DNA of 48,379 bases from Thermodesulfobacteriota bacterium (GTDB lineage: Bacteria; Desulfobacterota_D; UBA1144; Nemesobacterales; N074bin48), in contig JBFFSH010000011.1 of assembly GCA_041572575.1 (NCBI GenBank), positions 1 through 48,379 of the forward strand, read 5' to 3'. Each line of letters starts with the position of its first letter. Positions within the stretch are counted from its first letter, which is position 1. This document shows, piece after piece, positions 1-8,903 of the stretch. The notes beneath the pieces are model-generated. The model saw only the letters and a list, made by a program, of their open reading frames with translations. It did not search any database and had not been told where the DNA came from. The position numbers and the translations under genes were made by a program.

Positions 1-1
1 A

Positions 2-316
2 AATAATAATGAACTAAATTTATTTACAGATGAATTCAGATCGCCAATATTTGGAGACGATCTGGCAATGGCAATTTTGGAGTTAGCTGATACTGAATAT
101 AGAGGACTTATTAATATAGCAGGACCAAAGGCGATCAACCGTTATGATTTGGGATGCAGGATAGCCAAATATTTTGGCCTGAAGACTGATTTACTACGAC
201 CTGTTGAAGCTAAAGAGTTAAATTTGAACAGGCCGCTTAATTGTACTCTTGAAAGTTCTAAAGCAACAAATATTTTAAGCACTCTTATTAAACCCATCAG
301 TAAAACATTTACTTAA
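2..316 (+). CDS. dTDP-4-dehydrorhamnose reductase (RmlD)-family SDR, C-terminal part (5' truncated by window edge)
   Basis: Frame is open from base 2: NNNELNLFTDEFRSPIFGDDLAMAI...GLINIAGPKAINRYD...RPLNCTLES, matching RmlD C-terminal motifs (D..xSP...DLA, G..H/N..G, RP..S.L). Confidence 0.8.
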   Translation, partial: NNNELNLFTDEFRSPIFGDDLAMAILELADTEYRGLINIAGPKAINRYDLGCRIAKYFGLKTDLLRPVEAKELNLNRPLNCTLESSKATNILSTLIKPISKTFT

Positions 317-980
317 CATTTATTGGCTCAATACACTCAGACCCTTCATTCTCTGCTCTGTTTACATAGTTTGATATCTCGTAAACCTCCATTTGTTCGG
401 ATGGATAAGTTCTTAACAGAGGTATAACCTCGGCAGGGTCTTGAATGTTCGAATCGAGCCATTTTTGTTCATCCTCTTTGTTTAGTATGACGGGCATACG
501 GTCAGAGATTGGATTTATAAGATCATTTGAAGTTGTAGTAACTAAAGTAAATGTGGTTAGGTTTCCGCCATCTCTTCCCCAAATATCCCATAGACCGGCA
601 ATTCCAAAAATGTCTTCATTCTTATGCCTAATAAAATATCCAACCTTAGTTGTTCTATCTATTCTTTTGCAAACATAGTATCCGCTGCAGGGAACGATAC
701 ATCTTTTATTTCTGAGTGAATTCTTGAAATTCTTGTCTTGGTTGATTGTCTCTAGCTTTGCATTGATTAATTGAAAACCAATTAGTGGATCGTTAGACCA
801 GCCAGGAACTAATCCCCATCTCATAATGATACATTCCGTTTCATTATTGTTTGTTATAATGGGAATGTTTTGACCGGGGTTTACATTGTATCTCGGCTCA
901 TGTCTAATAGATCCGGTTCTTAAGCCAAACGTTTGTTCAATTAATTTCGTATTGTGATACAAAGCTATTTTCTGAGGCAT
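309..980 (-). CDS. SRAP/YedK (SOS response-associated peptidase family) homologue with degenerate catalytic triad
   Basis: Motifs PRYNVNPGQ, RWGLVPGW, LINAKLET, RCIVP, AGLWD, DRMPVIL are present. The N-terminus is MPQK rather than MCGR. Confidence 0.9.
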   Translation of the reverse strand: MPQKIALYHNTKLIEQTFGLRTGSIRHEPRYNVNPGQNIPIITNNNETECIIMRWGLVPGWSNDPLIGFQLINAKLETINQDKNFKNSLRNKRCIVPCSGYYVCKRIDRTTKVGYFIRHKNEDIFGIAGLWDIWGRDGGNLTTFTLVTTTSNDLINPISDRMPVILNKEDEQKWLDSNIQDPAEVIPLLRTYPSEQMEVYEISNYVNRAENEGSECIEPINVK

Positions 981-998
981 AATTTTATTTAAGAAATT

Positions 999-1673
999 TT
1001 AATTCCTTTCTAAAAAAGTATTTGACTTCTGCCGTGCCTGAGCATGCTCTATCATATGCATTACAAGGTCTGCGAAGGTTTTTAAGAGAAGAAATAAAAC
1101 CAGAGCAATAACAGACCCTTTTGCAAATAATCCTCCGAAGATGATTGCTATATGCATAGGAACAATTCGCAGGTATGGAAAAATCATCACAGTGCCGATG
1201 TTTGGAACTCTTTTCATATCCCTTTCACGGTTATGTATGTAGGAATATAGGTGGTTTGATAGAAATACTGATATACATACTAAAATATATATTAGTGAAT
1301 CTTTGTTTAAATGATCAACAGAATCAAATATAAAAATTAAATAAACAAGGTGAAAAATTCCATAATGCATAGCGAAAAAATTAGCGGCAGTTTTTTGTGT
1401 CTTTTTGGTGGGTTTGGTTGGTTTGTTGTTTAACTGGAAACCGGTTGTAGAGAACTTTTTTAGGTCTAAGATTCTTTTGCGATTAAAAAATCCAATTATT
1501 ACACTCTGCCCCCAATAAATCCACATAAGCTCTGAAAGGTTCCATTTTTCATATACTGCAATAAAGATCGTTATCAGATTTGAAATTAAAAGAAATACAG
1601 CAGAGCTATCTATATGAAAGTGTTTGCGGAGTTCTTCTATTAAATTGTCTTGCAATATCTTGCTAGAATTCAT
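999..1673 (-). CDS. DUF6498-like integral membrane protein
   Basis: Several hydrophobic segments; motifs YWGQSVIIG, FFAMHYGIFHLVY, PYLRIVPMH, LKTFADL..H. Confidence 0.7.
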   Translation of the reverse strand: MNSSKILQDNLIEELRKHFHIDSSAVFLLISNLITIFIAVYEKWNLSELMWIYWGQSVIIGFFNRKRILDLKKFSTTGFQLNNKPTKPTKKTQKTAANFFAMHYGIFHLVYLIFIFDSVDHLNKDSLIYILVCISVFLSNHLYSYIHNRERDMKRVPNIGTVMIFPYLRIVPMHIAIIFGGLFAKGSVIALVLFLLLKTFADLVMHMIEHAQARQKSNTFLERN

Positions 1674-1785
1674 TATTTAATATTATTGATACATCCAGTT
1701 TAAATTCAAATAATAGAATCAAAATTCTAATACAAATATATTTATATGGTATTATTTTTTGAATCTTTGACAGGAGGTGTGGGGG

Positions 1786-3243
1786 ATGATGAAGAAACTA
1801 ATATTTTCAGTATTTTTAATATTAATATTTATTGGGTGCGATGAGGAACAGGTGGATGGCAACAGACCTCCTATGATAAACAGAATAGATATATCACATA
1901 GTCTGGAATCCGGCATAAACAGGTATGTAGTTAATACTGATGCCACTGACCCAGATAACGACAACATAACTTATTCTTTTGATACGAGCAGTAATATCAC
2001 TATTCTTGCTTCAACTTCAACTGCACTTATCAATATTCCACAATCTACAGGAACACCCCCAGATATTATTATCAAAGTAATTGCAGAAGATGACAAGGGT
2101 GGTATAGCGACTAGGGAATTCAACTTGCGTACCGGAAATAAGGCACCCGTAATTCTTTTTTATGAAGCAGATAAATATAAACTATCAAAGGGTGAAAATA
2201 CTAAGCTTCATGCTCTTGTAGGCGATGATGATGGAAGTGGAGATACTTATAGTACTACTTTTCGCATATCGTCCGCTATAACTTCTGGTATTTTAAATGT
2301 CACCACAAATAACCAGTCTTTGCCACGGGCTTCATATACCGGAAGTCAATCCAATTCTGAAAATGCTACTATTGAACTCGAGGCAATTGATACTGATAAC
2401 AATCTAAAGGCAAGCAGCTTCCTTACACTTGAAGTAGGAACAGGCCTAGTACATGTAGATTCTTGGGATACTTCACCCATACAGCCTTATGGGCTGGATT
2501 TTAGCAGTAACGGCCACCTTTTTATTACAAGTATTGGTTCAACTGTAATGGAATTGGATACAAACGGCAATAAGGTAAATGGTAATGGCTGGAATGTAAC
2601 AGATCCATCTTCAACACATTTGCGTGCATTGACTGTTGATAAAAGAACGCAAAATGAAGTTCTATTTCTTGGCTCTGATAGAGGTACACATGAGTTTATA
2701 ATCAAATATAGCAAAACCGGATCGGCACAGACCGATAATAAGACTACGTTTCCCGGAATACCACATTATTTTTATATTAGACCTAACGGCACAATTCTTA
2801 TTTCCAATAATAAACCCAGCAGCTACGGAATTAACATCTTAAACACTAATGGCACTATACAAAGCTGGACATCTGCCGGACAACTTTCTCAGCCAAGGCA
2901 AATTTCTCTAGACCCAAATACTAATAATGTCTATGTAGCCGATAGGGGAAATGGCAGAGTAAGAGTGTTTGATTCCAGTGGAAGTTTTATAAGAAATATT
3001 ACTGGAAATAGCGGGCAGTTTAGCAATCCGCATGGAGTGCTTGCAGACAGGGTTCATAATTCAGTTTTTGTAGCTGATACGGAAAATGACAGGATTCAGG
3101 AATTTGCATTTGATGGAACGTTCAAGGCCGAATTTAGATCAAATGATGTAAATAAACCCAGATATATTATACGCGGGCCTGATAACAGAATTTATGTAGC
3201 TAGCTATATAGATAAAGAGATTCATGTATTTGAGCATAGATAG
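1786..3243 (+). CDS. Lipoprotein with Ig-like domains and C-terminal NHL-repeat beta-propeller
   Basis: AGGAGG at 1772-1777 precedes ATG 1786; lipobox IFIGC; Ig-like signatures N.PP, ATDPDND.ITY, DDKGG; NHL repeats (QPRQISLD..NVYVADRGNGRVRVFD, NPHGV...VFVADTENDRIQEF). Confidence 0.8.
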   Translation: MMKKLIFSVFLILIFIGCDEEQVDGNRPPMINRIDISHSLESGINRYVVNTDATDPDNDNITYSFDTSSNITILASTSTALINIPQSTGTPPDIIIKVIAEDDKGGIATREFNLRTGNKAPVILFYEADKYKLSKGENTKLHALVGDDDGSGDTYSTTFRISSAITSGILNVTTNNQSLPRASYTGSQSNSENATIELEAIDTDNNLKASSFLTLEVGTGLVHVDSWDTSPIQPYGLDFSSNGHLFITSIGSTVMELDTNGNKVNGNGWNVTDPSSTHLRALTVDKRTQNEVLFLGSDRGTHEFIIKYSKTGSAQTDNKTTFPGIPHYFYIRPNGTILISNNKPSSYGINILNTNGTIQSWTSAGQLSQPRQISLDPNTNNVYVADRGNGRVRVFDSSGSFIRNITGNSGQFSNPHGVLADRVHNSVFVADTENDRIQEFAFDGTFKAEFRSNDVNKPRYIIRGPDNRIYVASYIDKEIHVFEHR

Positions 3244-3254
3244 ATAATATAAAT

Positions 3255-4046
3255 ATGAAAACAGGTTTTTTACAATTTGCTCCAAAGCTGAATGATTCTG
3301 GTTTTAATATCCAAAAAATAGAGAGTTTCGCAGAGCAGTTTAAAGATGCGGATTTATTGGTTTTGCCTGAGCTTTGCAATTCCGGTTATAATTTCAAATC
3401 AAAGAAGCAGGCATTTGATACTTCAGAAGAGATAGAAAACAGTGAATTTATAAACTTTCTGGAATCAATATGCATAGAAAACTCTTTGTTCATCGTATCA
3501 GGTTTTAATGAAAGAGATGGTGGAGATTTATATAACTCATCCGTTCTTATAGGGCCCGATGGATTTATCGGAAATTACAGAAAGCTCCATCTCTTTATGA
3601 ATGAAAAGAAGTATTTTAAACTAGGAAATGCGGGGCTTCCGGTTTTTGATATTGGAATATGCAAAGTTGGCATGCTCGTGTGTTTTGACTGGATGTTTTC
3701 CGAAGCCTGGAGAATATTGATGCTCAAAGGTGCTGATATAATCTGCCATCCATCCAATCTGGTTTTGCCCGGTCTATGTCAGAAAGCTATACCTATTCAT
3801 TCTCTTATAAACAGGTTTTACATAGTAACTGCTAACAGGATAGGCACAGAGGATGATCTTACATTTACAGGTCTATCAACAATCTCTGATCCAAAAGGTG
3901 ATGTTCTTTATCAGGCTTCTCAGGATAAAGAAGAACTAAAGATCGTAGACATTGATATTTCACTTGCAAGGGATAAGAAGATTACATCTATGAATGATAT
4001 TATTGAAGATAGAAGAGTCGAAGAATATTCTGAATTATTAAAATGA
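3255..4046 (+). CDS. Carbon-nitrogen hydrolase (nitrilase superfamily)
   Basis: E-K-C triad motifs LPELC, YRKLHL, VCFDW; also ANRIG. Confidence 0.9.
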   Translation: MKTGFLQFAPKLNDSGFNIQKIESFAEQFKDADLLVLPELCNSGYNFKSKKQAFDTSEEIENSEFINFLESICIENSLFIVSGFNERDGGDLYNSSVLIGPDGFIGNYRKLHLFMNEKKYFKLGNAGLPVFDIGICKVGMLVCFDWMFSEAWRILMLKGADIICHPSNLVLPGLCQKAIPIHSLINRFYIVTANRIGTEDDLTFTGLSTISDPKGDVLYQASQDKEELKIVDIDISLARDKKITSMNDIIEDRRVEEYSELLK

Positions 4047-4056
4047 AAGAATGTCT

Positions 4057-4491
4057 CTAAGGTAAAAACCTTGCTTTTTCTTCCTCTGTAGGAATACGGC
4101 AGGTTTCTCTTTTTCCAAATATCTTGTACCTGTTCACTGCAACCAGTCTGTATATATAGTTTCTAAAACCTCTTGGTAAAAAGCTGAACATACTTAAGAT
4201 GCACCAGATACCACCAAGACGCTTAAGTATTTTTAAAGTGGCGTCGGATTGTTCGTAGATGCTGTCTTCATCCACATATACAATTGACCATTCTCCTGCT
4301 TCTTCTGGAATCTCAGTAATATATTTTTTTGCTGTCTCTCCCTGAAGCGGGCTGAATTGGAATATACCTTTATTGTCTGCTTTAAAAATTATGTCCACAA
4401 AGCTGTTGCAAAGCCCGCATACTCCGTCAAAAAATATTATCGGATGTTCTGGCTTTGTATGTCCGTCTGCTGAGTACTCTTTTTGCATCAA
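4057..4491 (-). CDS. DCC1-like thiol-disulfide oxidoreductase (DUF393)
   Basis: FFDGVCGLCN motif, FSPLQ, Y..VA.NRY..FG...C. Confidence 0.9.
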   Translation of the reverse strand: MMQKEYSADGHTKPEHPIIFFDGVCGLCNSFVDIIFKADNKGIFQFSPLQGETAKKYITEIPEEAGEWSIVYVDEDSIYEQSDATLKILKRLGGIWCILSMFSFLPRGFRNYIYRLVAVNRYKIFGKRETCRIPTEEEKARFLP

Positions 4492-4587
4492 ATTAAATAT
4501 TAACCGTTATATTTAAAAACCAAACATTATTATTTTCAACCAATTACACTATACTTATTAAATAATCATTTATTGTGAATTGTTAAG

Positions 4588-5166
4588 ATGATAAAAAATA
4601 TAATACTGCTATTAGTAATACTTAGTATTCCCACTTCGTCTTATGGGATGGAATATAAGCCTGTAGATGGCACAGACATTATTGGCACAAAGGCCCCTGA
4701 GTTTGAGGGGCTTAAATGGCTTAATACTGAGCCATTAACAATAGATCAGTTAAAGGGCAAAGTTGTCTTGATACGCTTCTGGCTTGTAGGTTGTCCATAC
4801 TGCACAAACTCTGCGCCCGAACTTGTGGAGTTACAGAACAAATATTCTGAAAAAGGTTTAGTTATTATTGGAGTTCATCATCCGAAATCGGAGGAAACCA
4901 AGAACAACGATCATGTAAAGAAACAAGCTGAGGTTTTTGGGTTCAAATTTCCCATTGCCCAGGATCTGGAGTGGGAAACAATAAACTCTTACTGGCTTGG
5001 TAAAAAGAAACGTTCATTCACCTCTTCAAGTATCCTCATAGATAAAAAAGGAATTATCAGGTTTGTCCACGACGGAGGACAGTTTTTTAAGAGCGATTAT
5101 GACCTTGAGGCAAACGCTGCATTTGAAGCGATGGAAGAGAATATTCTTAAACTTCTAGCTCAATAG
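4588..5166 (+). CDS. Exported redoxin/TlpA-like thioredoxin-fold protein
   Basis: Signal peptide; APEF..WLN.PL...LKGKVVLI.FW..CPYC; GL.IIGVH.P; IDKKGIIR. Confidence 0.85.
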   Translation: MIKNIILLLVILSIPTSSYGMEYKPVDGTDIIGTKAPEFEGLKWLNTEPLTIDQLKGKVVLIRFWLVGCPYCTNSAPELVELQNKYSEKGLVIIGVHHPKSEETKNNDHVKKQAEVFGFKFPIAQDLEWETINSYWLGKKKRSFTSSSILIDKKGIIRFVHDGGQFFKSDYDLEANAAFEAMEENILKLLAQ

Positions 5167-5181
5167 CTATTATTATACAAT

Positions 5182-5739
5182 TTATTGCTCAAGCATACCC
5201 ATACCAGTGCCTGTAGTTCCGCCAAAACGAAAACCCTCTTCTGCATTTGTTGCAAGATCAACTGAAGTAAAGTTTATCTCAACAGGGCCGCCGGCATTTT
5301 CGAACTGTCCTGTGCCTCCTGAGAATACTCCGCTCTGATTTGTTTCTGATTCTGTTGTCTCGGGGTCGAAACAGCTTGTACCAGTCTGCCATGTGCCGAA
5401 TAGCAGCTCGCCGGTTTCTGCAAATCGCTTGATAAAGTTTCCACGGACTAGAGAAAATTCTAATTGTCCTTGTGGACATGCACCTGTTGTGTCTACTATC
5501 ATGAACTCGTTTACGCTTTCAATTGTGATTGGTCCGAATGTGCTGTCTCCGGAAAGACTTGCAATGCTTGCAGGGGAGCCATCTTCATTTGTGTCTGTAT
5601 TCATTGGACCACTCCGGAATGATCCTGAAAAACTCTCAGTAAAATTTTCTTCTGCATTGCTGTCATTATCACAGCTTACAGCTGACATTAAAACAAACAG
5701 AAACAATGGTAATGAAAAAACTATATACTTTTTACACAT
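5182..5739 (-). CDS. Hypothetical beta-rich lipoprotein
   Basis: GGAGG precedes ATG 5739 (MCKKYIV...); lipobox AVSC; GGTGQFENAGG motif typical of dirigent/allene-oxide-cyclase-like barrels (inference). Confidence 0.6.
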   Translation of the reverse strand: MCKKYIVFSLPLFLFVLMSAVSCDNDSNAEENFTESFSGSFRSGPMNTDTNEDGSPASIASLSGDSTFGPITIESVNEFMIVDTTGACPQGQLEFSLVRGNFIKRFAETGELLFGTWQTGTSCFDPETTESETNQSGVFSGGTGQFENAGGPVEINFTSVDLATNAEEGFRFGGTTGTGMGMLEQ

Positions 5740-5825
5740 TTTGCCTCCATTATAGAATGAAAATTTATTCAATTAAATATCATATTTTATATTCGATTGC
5801 TATATAAAATCAACTCTCGAGAATA

Positions 5826-6671
5826 TTATAAAAATATAGACTTGGCTAGTCTATCAAGTAAGGGGAGTACGGAGTCTTCATTACCAGGTGGCACACCTAA
5901 TATTACTCTTTCCACTTCTAAATCTTTTGCCTTTGAAATCATCTCATCTTTTACAAGGGGTGCTGGTATTATGCAAGACACACTTATTTCAGATGGGTCA
6001 CGCCCGGAAGCATGAGCCTTATATTTAAGCTCTGTGATCTTAGTATCCAGATCTAGTGAAGGCAATAGAATCGGAAGCCAGCCGTCACAATACTCAACAA
6101 TTCGTTCAAAGGTCCTTGGGCCATCTCCTCCAAGAAGTATGGGAGGATGTGGTTTTTGAGTTGGTTTGGGATAACTCCAGATCTTGTCAAAGTTAACAAA
6201 CTCTCCGTGAAATTCCGGTTCATTCTCAGTCCAAATCTCTTTCATGGCAAGGATTCTCTCCCGCATTATCTTCCATCTCTTTTTATATTCCGTTCCATGG
6301 TTTGCCATTTCTTCAGCATTCCAGCCTCCGCCGATGCCGAATAAAAATCGTCCATTTGAAAGCATGTCCAGAGTTGCTACTTCTTTTGCGGTAATAATAG
6401 GGTCGCGCTCTATTATGAGGCATATGCCAGTTGCGATCTTTAGTTTAGTAGTAGCGGTTGCTGCGGCGGTAAGCGCTACAAACAGGTCATGTGTGTGCCA
6501 GTACTGTTCAGGCAGGTCTCCGCCTCCGGGTGCCTCACTTTCCCTGCTTGCAGGAATGTGTGTATGCTCAGGAAACCAGAGAGAATCAAATCCCCTGTCC
6601 TCCACCTCTTTTGCCATTTTTGCAGGATGGATCGCAAAGTCTGTTGCAAACATCATTATTCCATAGTTCAT
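5826..6671 (-). CDS. LLM-class probable F420-dependent oxidoreductase (Rv2161c-like)
   Basis: GFDSLWFPEHTHIP, RDPIITAKEVATLDMLSNGRFLFGIGGGWNAEE, PKPTQKPHPPILLGG. Likely start MNYGIM after GAGGA. Confidence 0.85.
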   Translation of the reverse strand: MNYGIMMFATDFAIHPAKMAKEVEDRGFDSLWFPEHTHIPASRESEAPGGGDLPEQYWHTHDLFVALTAAATATTKLKIATGICLIIERDPIITAKEVATLDMLSNGRFLFGIGGGWNAEEMANHGTEYKKRWKIMRERILAMKEIWTENEPEFHGEFVNFDKIWSYPKPTQKPHPPILLGGDGPRTFERIVEYCDGWLPILLPSLDLDTKITELKYKAHASGRDPSEISVSCIIPAPLVKDEMISKAKDLEVERVILGVPPGNEDSVLPLLDRLAKSIFL

Positions 6672-6840
6672 AATATATTTCCTCTTTATTAAGATTGTAT
6701 ATAAATACATCCTAAATAGTACTGATTATAATATCATGCGATTTTTCATCAGGATAGAATAAAGTTATGTTTAAAATAAATGATTGGTTATAATAATCCG
6801 CTATAATTATGAAAATAAAATAAGTTTTGGAGGTCGTGTT

Positions 6841-7506
6841 TTGAATAAATTAATTAATAAATTGGTGTTGGTAGCAATACTTATTACTTTATATTTAATA
6901 GGTATAAGCACAACATATGCACACGAAGATGCAAAAGATCACAAGGATTCTGCAAATAAAGAATCTACGACTAAGGATATGATGGGTATGGATGAGGAAA
7001 CAATGAAAAAGTGGATGGAATACGCCACGCCAAACGAAAATCATAAAGTGTTAGACGGTTTGGTTGGCAAGTGGGACTACAAACTTAAATGGTGGCAGGC
7101 TCCGGGCGCAAAGCCAGAGAAGTCCACTGGAAGAAGCAAAATCAAATGGACTATGGATGGCAGGTTTTTAAGGCATAAAGCTAAGGGCACCTCTATGGGA
7201 CAGCCTTTTAGAGGTATGGGTATTGTAGGATTTAACAATGAGACTAAAAAATATGAGTCTGTATGGATTGACAATATGGGCACGGGTATGGCTAGAGGAA
7301 CCGGCACTTATGATGCTAAAACAAAAAAATTGACTGAAGAAGGCACATTCAGCTGTCCTGGTGAGGGTAATAAGAAGTTTCGCAGTGTGATGACTATCAC
7401 AGGACCTGACACCTTCACATATGAGTGGTATATGCCGGGACCTGATAAAAAAGAGTACCGCGCAATGGTGATTGATTACACAAGGAAGAAAGAAGAAAAG
7501 AAATAA
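6841..7506 (+). CDS. DUF1579 family exported protein
   Basis: GGAGGT precedes TTG 6841; signal peptide; ATPNENH..L..LVGKW, GFNN..KKYESVWIDNMGTGM. Confidence 0.8.
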   Translation: MNKLINKLVLVAILITLYLIGISTTYAHEDAKDHKDSANKESTTKDMMGMDEETMKKWMEYATPNENHKVLDGLVGKWDYKLKWWQAPGAKPEKSTGRSKIKWTMDGRFLRHKAKGTSMGQPFRGMGIVGFNNETKKYESVWIDNMGTGMARGTGTYDAKTKKLTEEGTFSCPGEGNKKFRSVMTITGPDTFTYEWYMPGPDKKEYRAMVIDYTRKKEEKK

Positions 7507-7520
7507 CTTGTTAAATAAAT

Positions 7521-7559
7521 AAAAAATAAGGAGGCGGCATTAATTGCCGCCTCATTTTT
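7521..7559. terminator. Bidirectional intrinsic terminator
   Basis: GAGGCGGCA-TTAAT-TGCCGCCTC 9-bp stem (7531-7553) flanked by an A-run and a T-run, between convergent genes. Confidence 0.85.
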
Positions 7560-7565
7560 AGTACA

Positions 7566-8903
7566 TTAATCCCTCCAAATCTTTTTCCACCATTTTTCGT
7601 CATTAACATCTACGACCATTTCATCCAGCTTCATTTTTTTCCTGATGTCGTTTATGTCCCAGCCTGTAAGGCTTGCAAGAATTTTGGCTTCCTGTTCTTG
7701 TCTGGTTTTTACCCTTTTATGATATTCTATAGTTGCATCACATGTATTATCTCCTTTCCATGGTTGTCTTAAAACATAACGCCCCTGAAAGTTTGTCCTG
7801 TCTCCTGTTTCCTGAAAGATCAAATCCTCCGGGAAATGCTCTGCATCGTAACGAACATGCAGGCGGGTGATAAATACATTTCTTGCAAGACCGGATTTCC
7901 TGGATATCGAATCACCTTGGTTAAGCCAGAACACGCCCAGACTCTGTAATTCCTCTGGTGAAAGCGGGTCGGCTGCGCACGGGTCGCACCAGTTCATGTC
8001 CCAGGCGTATTCTAAAAACACGGTTTTCATCTTTTCTTTTTTCACCTGTTCATCAAACATAGCCAGATAAAAATCTTTAAATTCGTCTTTTACATATACA
8101 GGAATATCCATACCTGTTGGCAGCTTCACGGTTCTATAATTTGTAGTCTCAACCCTGCCTTTTCTATTAAGTACATAAACAAAAAGCTCCTGCGGACCAT
8201 CGGCATTTACGGTTCCAAGCCTTATGGGCAGCATAAATTTGGGTGATTCAAATGCCACCTGTATAGGTCTTAAATTAGTAAAGCCAAGCTTTGACTGTTC
8301 TTTTAAATTAACTTTAGCAACAAAGAATCTCATCTCCTGTTTTATGTAGCTTCCCAGAATCTCTGATGCACCTTGTGGAATTTTATATCCGTTTTGCTTT
8401 AGCCATTTTTCCAGGCCAGAACCCTCTTTTGCAGACAGGATTAAAATATCATATTCTCCTACCGTATACTTGGCTTCTACAGCAACACCCAGCCCTTCAG
8501 TTCCAAAAGAAGAGTTATCAGCTGATTTTAAAGAAAATCTGCCAACCGCAGACTCTGCTGAAGGGTAAACATTACACGGGTCTCTATCGAAATATTCGAC
8601 CAGTCTTGGAGAAGAATAGGCATCGAGATGATCTATGATTTTCTGATCACCAATATTTATCTGTTCCCTTTCTATAAAAGTGGGTACGGGAACAACAATT
8701 GCAAACTCTTTCGGGTCGCCCTTAAAATCATTTGCCATAGTAATGACGGTTTTGTCACCGTCTCTTACCAGCACAACCTGCGAAGCCTTGTTGTACATCT
8801 TGGTGTCTGCCTTTGCCACATAAAATCCGCAAAAGCTGTAAGCGTTATGTGATACTGTGAATACCCCTAATAAAAGGAGCAGAGATGTTACTAAAAAATT
8901 CAT
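7566..8903 (-). CDS. DUF2330 family exported protein
   Basis: AGGAGG precedes MNFLV; signal peptide then FCGFYV; EFAIVVPVP, LPIRLG, EYAWDMNWCDPCAADP, FITRLHVRY. Confidence 0.85.
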   Translation of the reverse strand: MNFLVTSLLLLLGVFTVSHNAYSFCGFYVAKADTKMYNKASQVVLVRDGDKTVITMANDFKGDPKEFAIVVPVPTFIEREQINIGDQKIIDHLDAYSSPRLVEYFDRDPCNVYPSAESAVGRFSLKSADNSSFGTEGLGVAVEAKYTVGEYDILILSAKEGSGLEKWLKQNGYKIPQGASEILGSYIKQEMRFFVAKVNLKEQSKLGFTNLRPIQVAFESPKFMLPIRLGTVNADGPQELFVYVLNRKGRVETTNYRTVKLPTGMDIPVYVKDEFKDFYLAMFDEQVKKEKMKTVFLEYAWDMNWCDPCAADPLSPEELQSLGVFWLNQGDSISRKSGLARNVFITRLHVRYDAEHFPEDLIFQETGDRTNFQGRYVLRQPWKGDNTCDATIEYHKRVKTRQEQEAKILASLTGWDINDIRKKMKLDEMVVDVNDEKWWKKIWRD

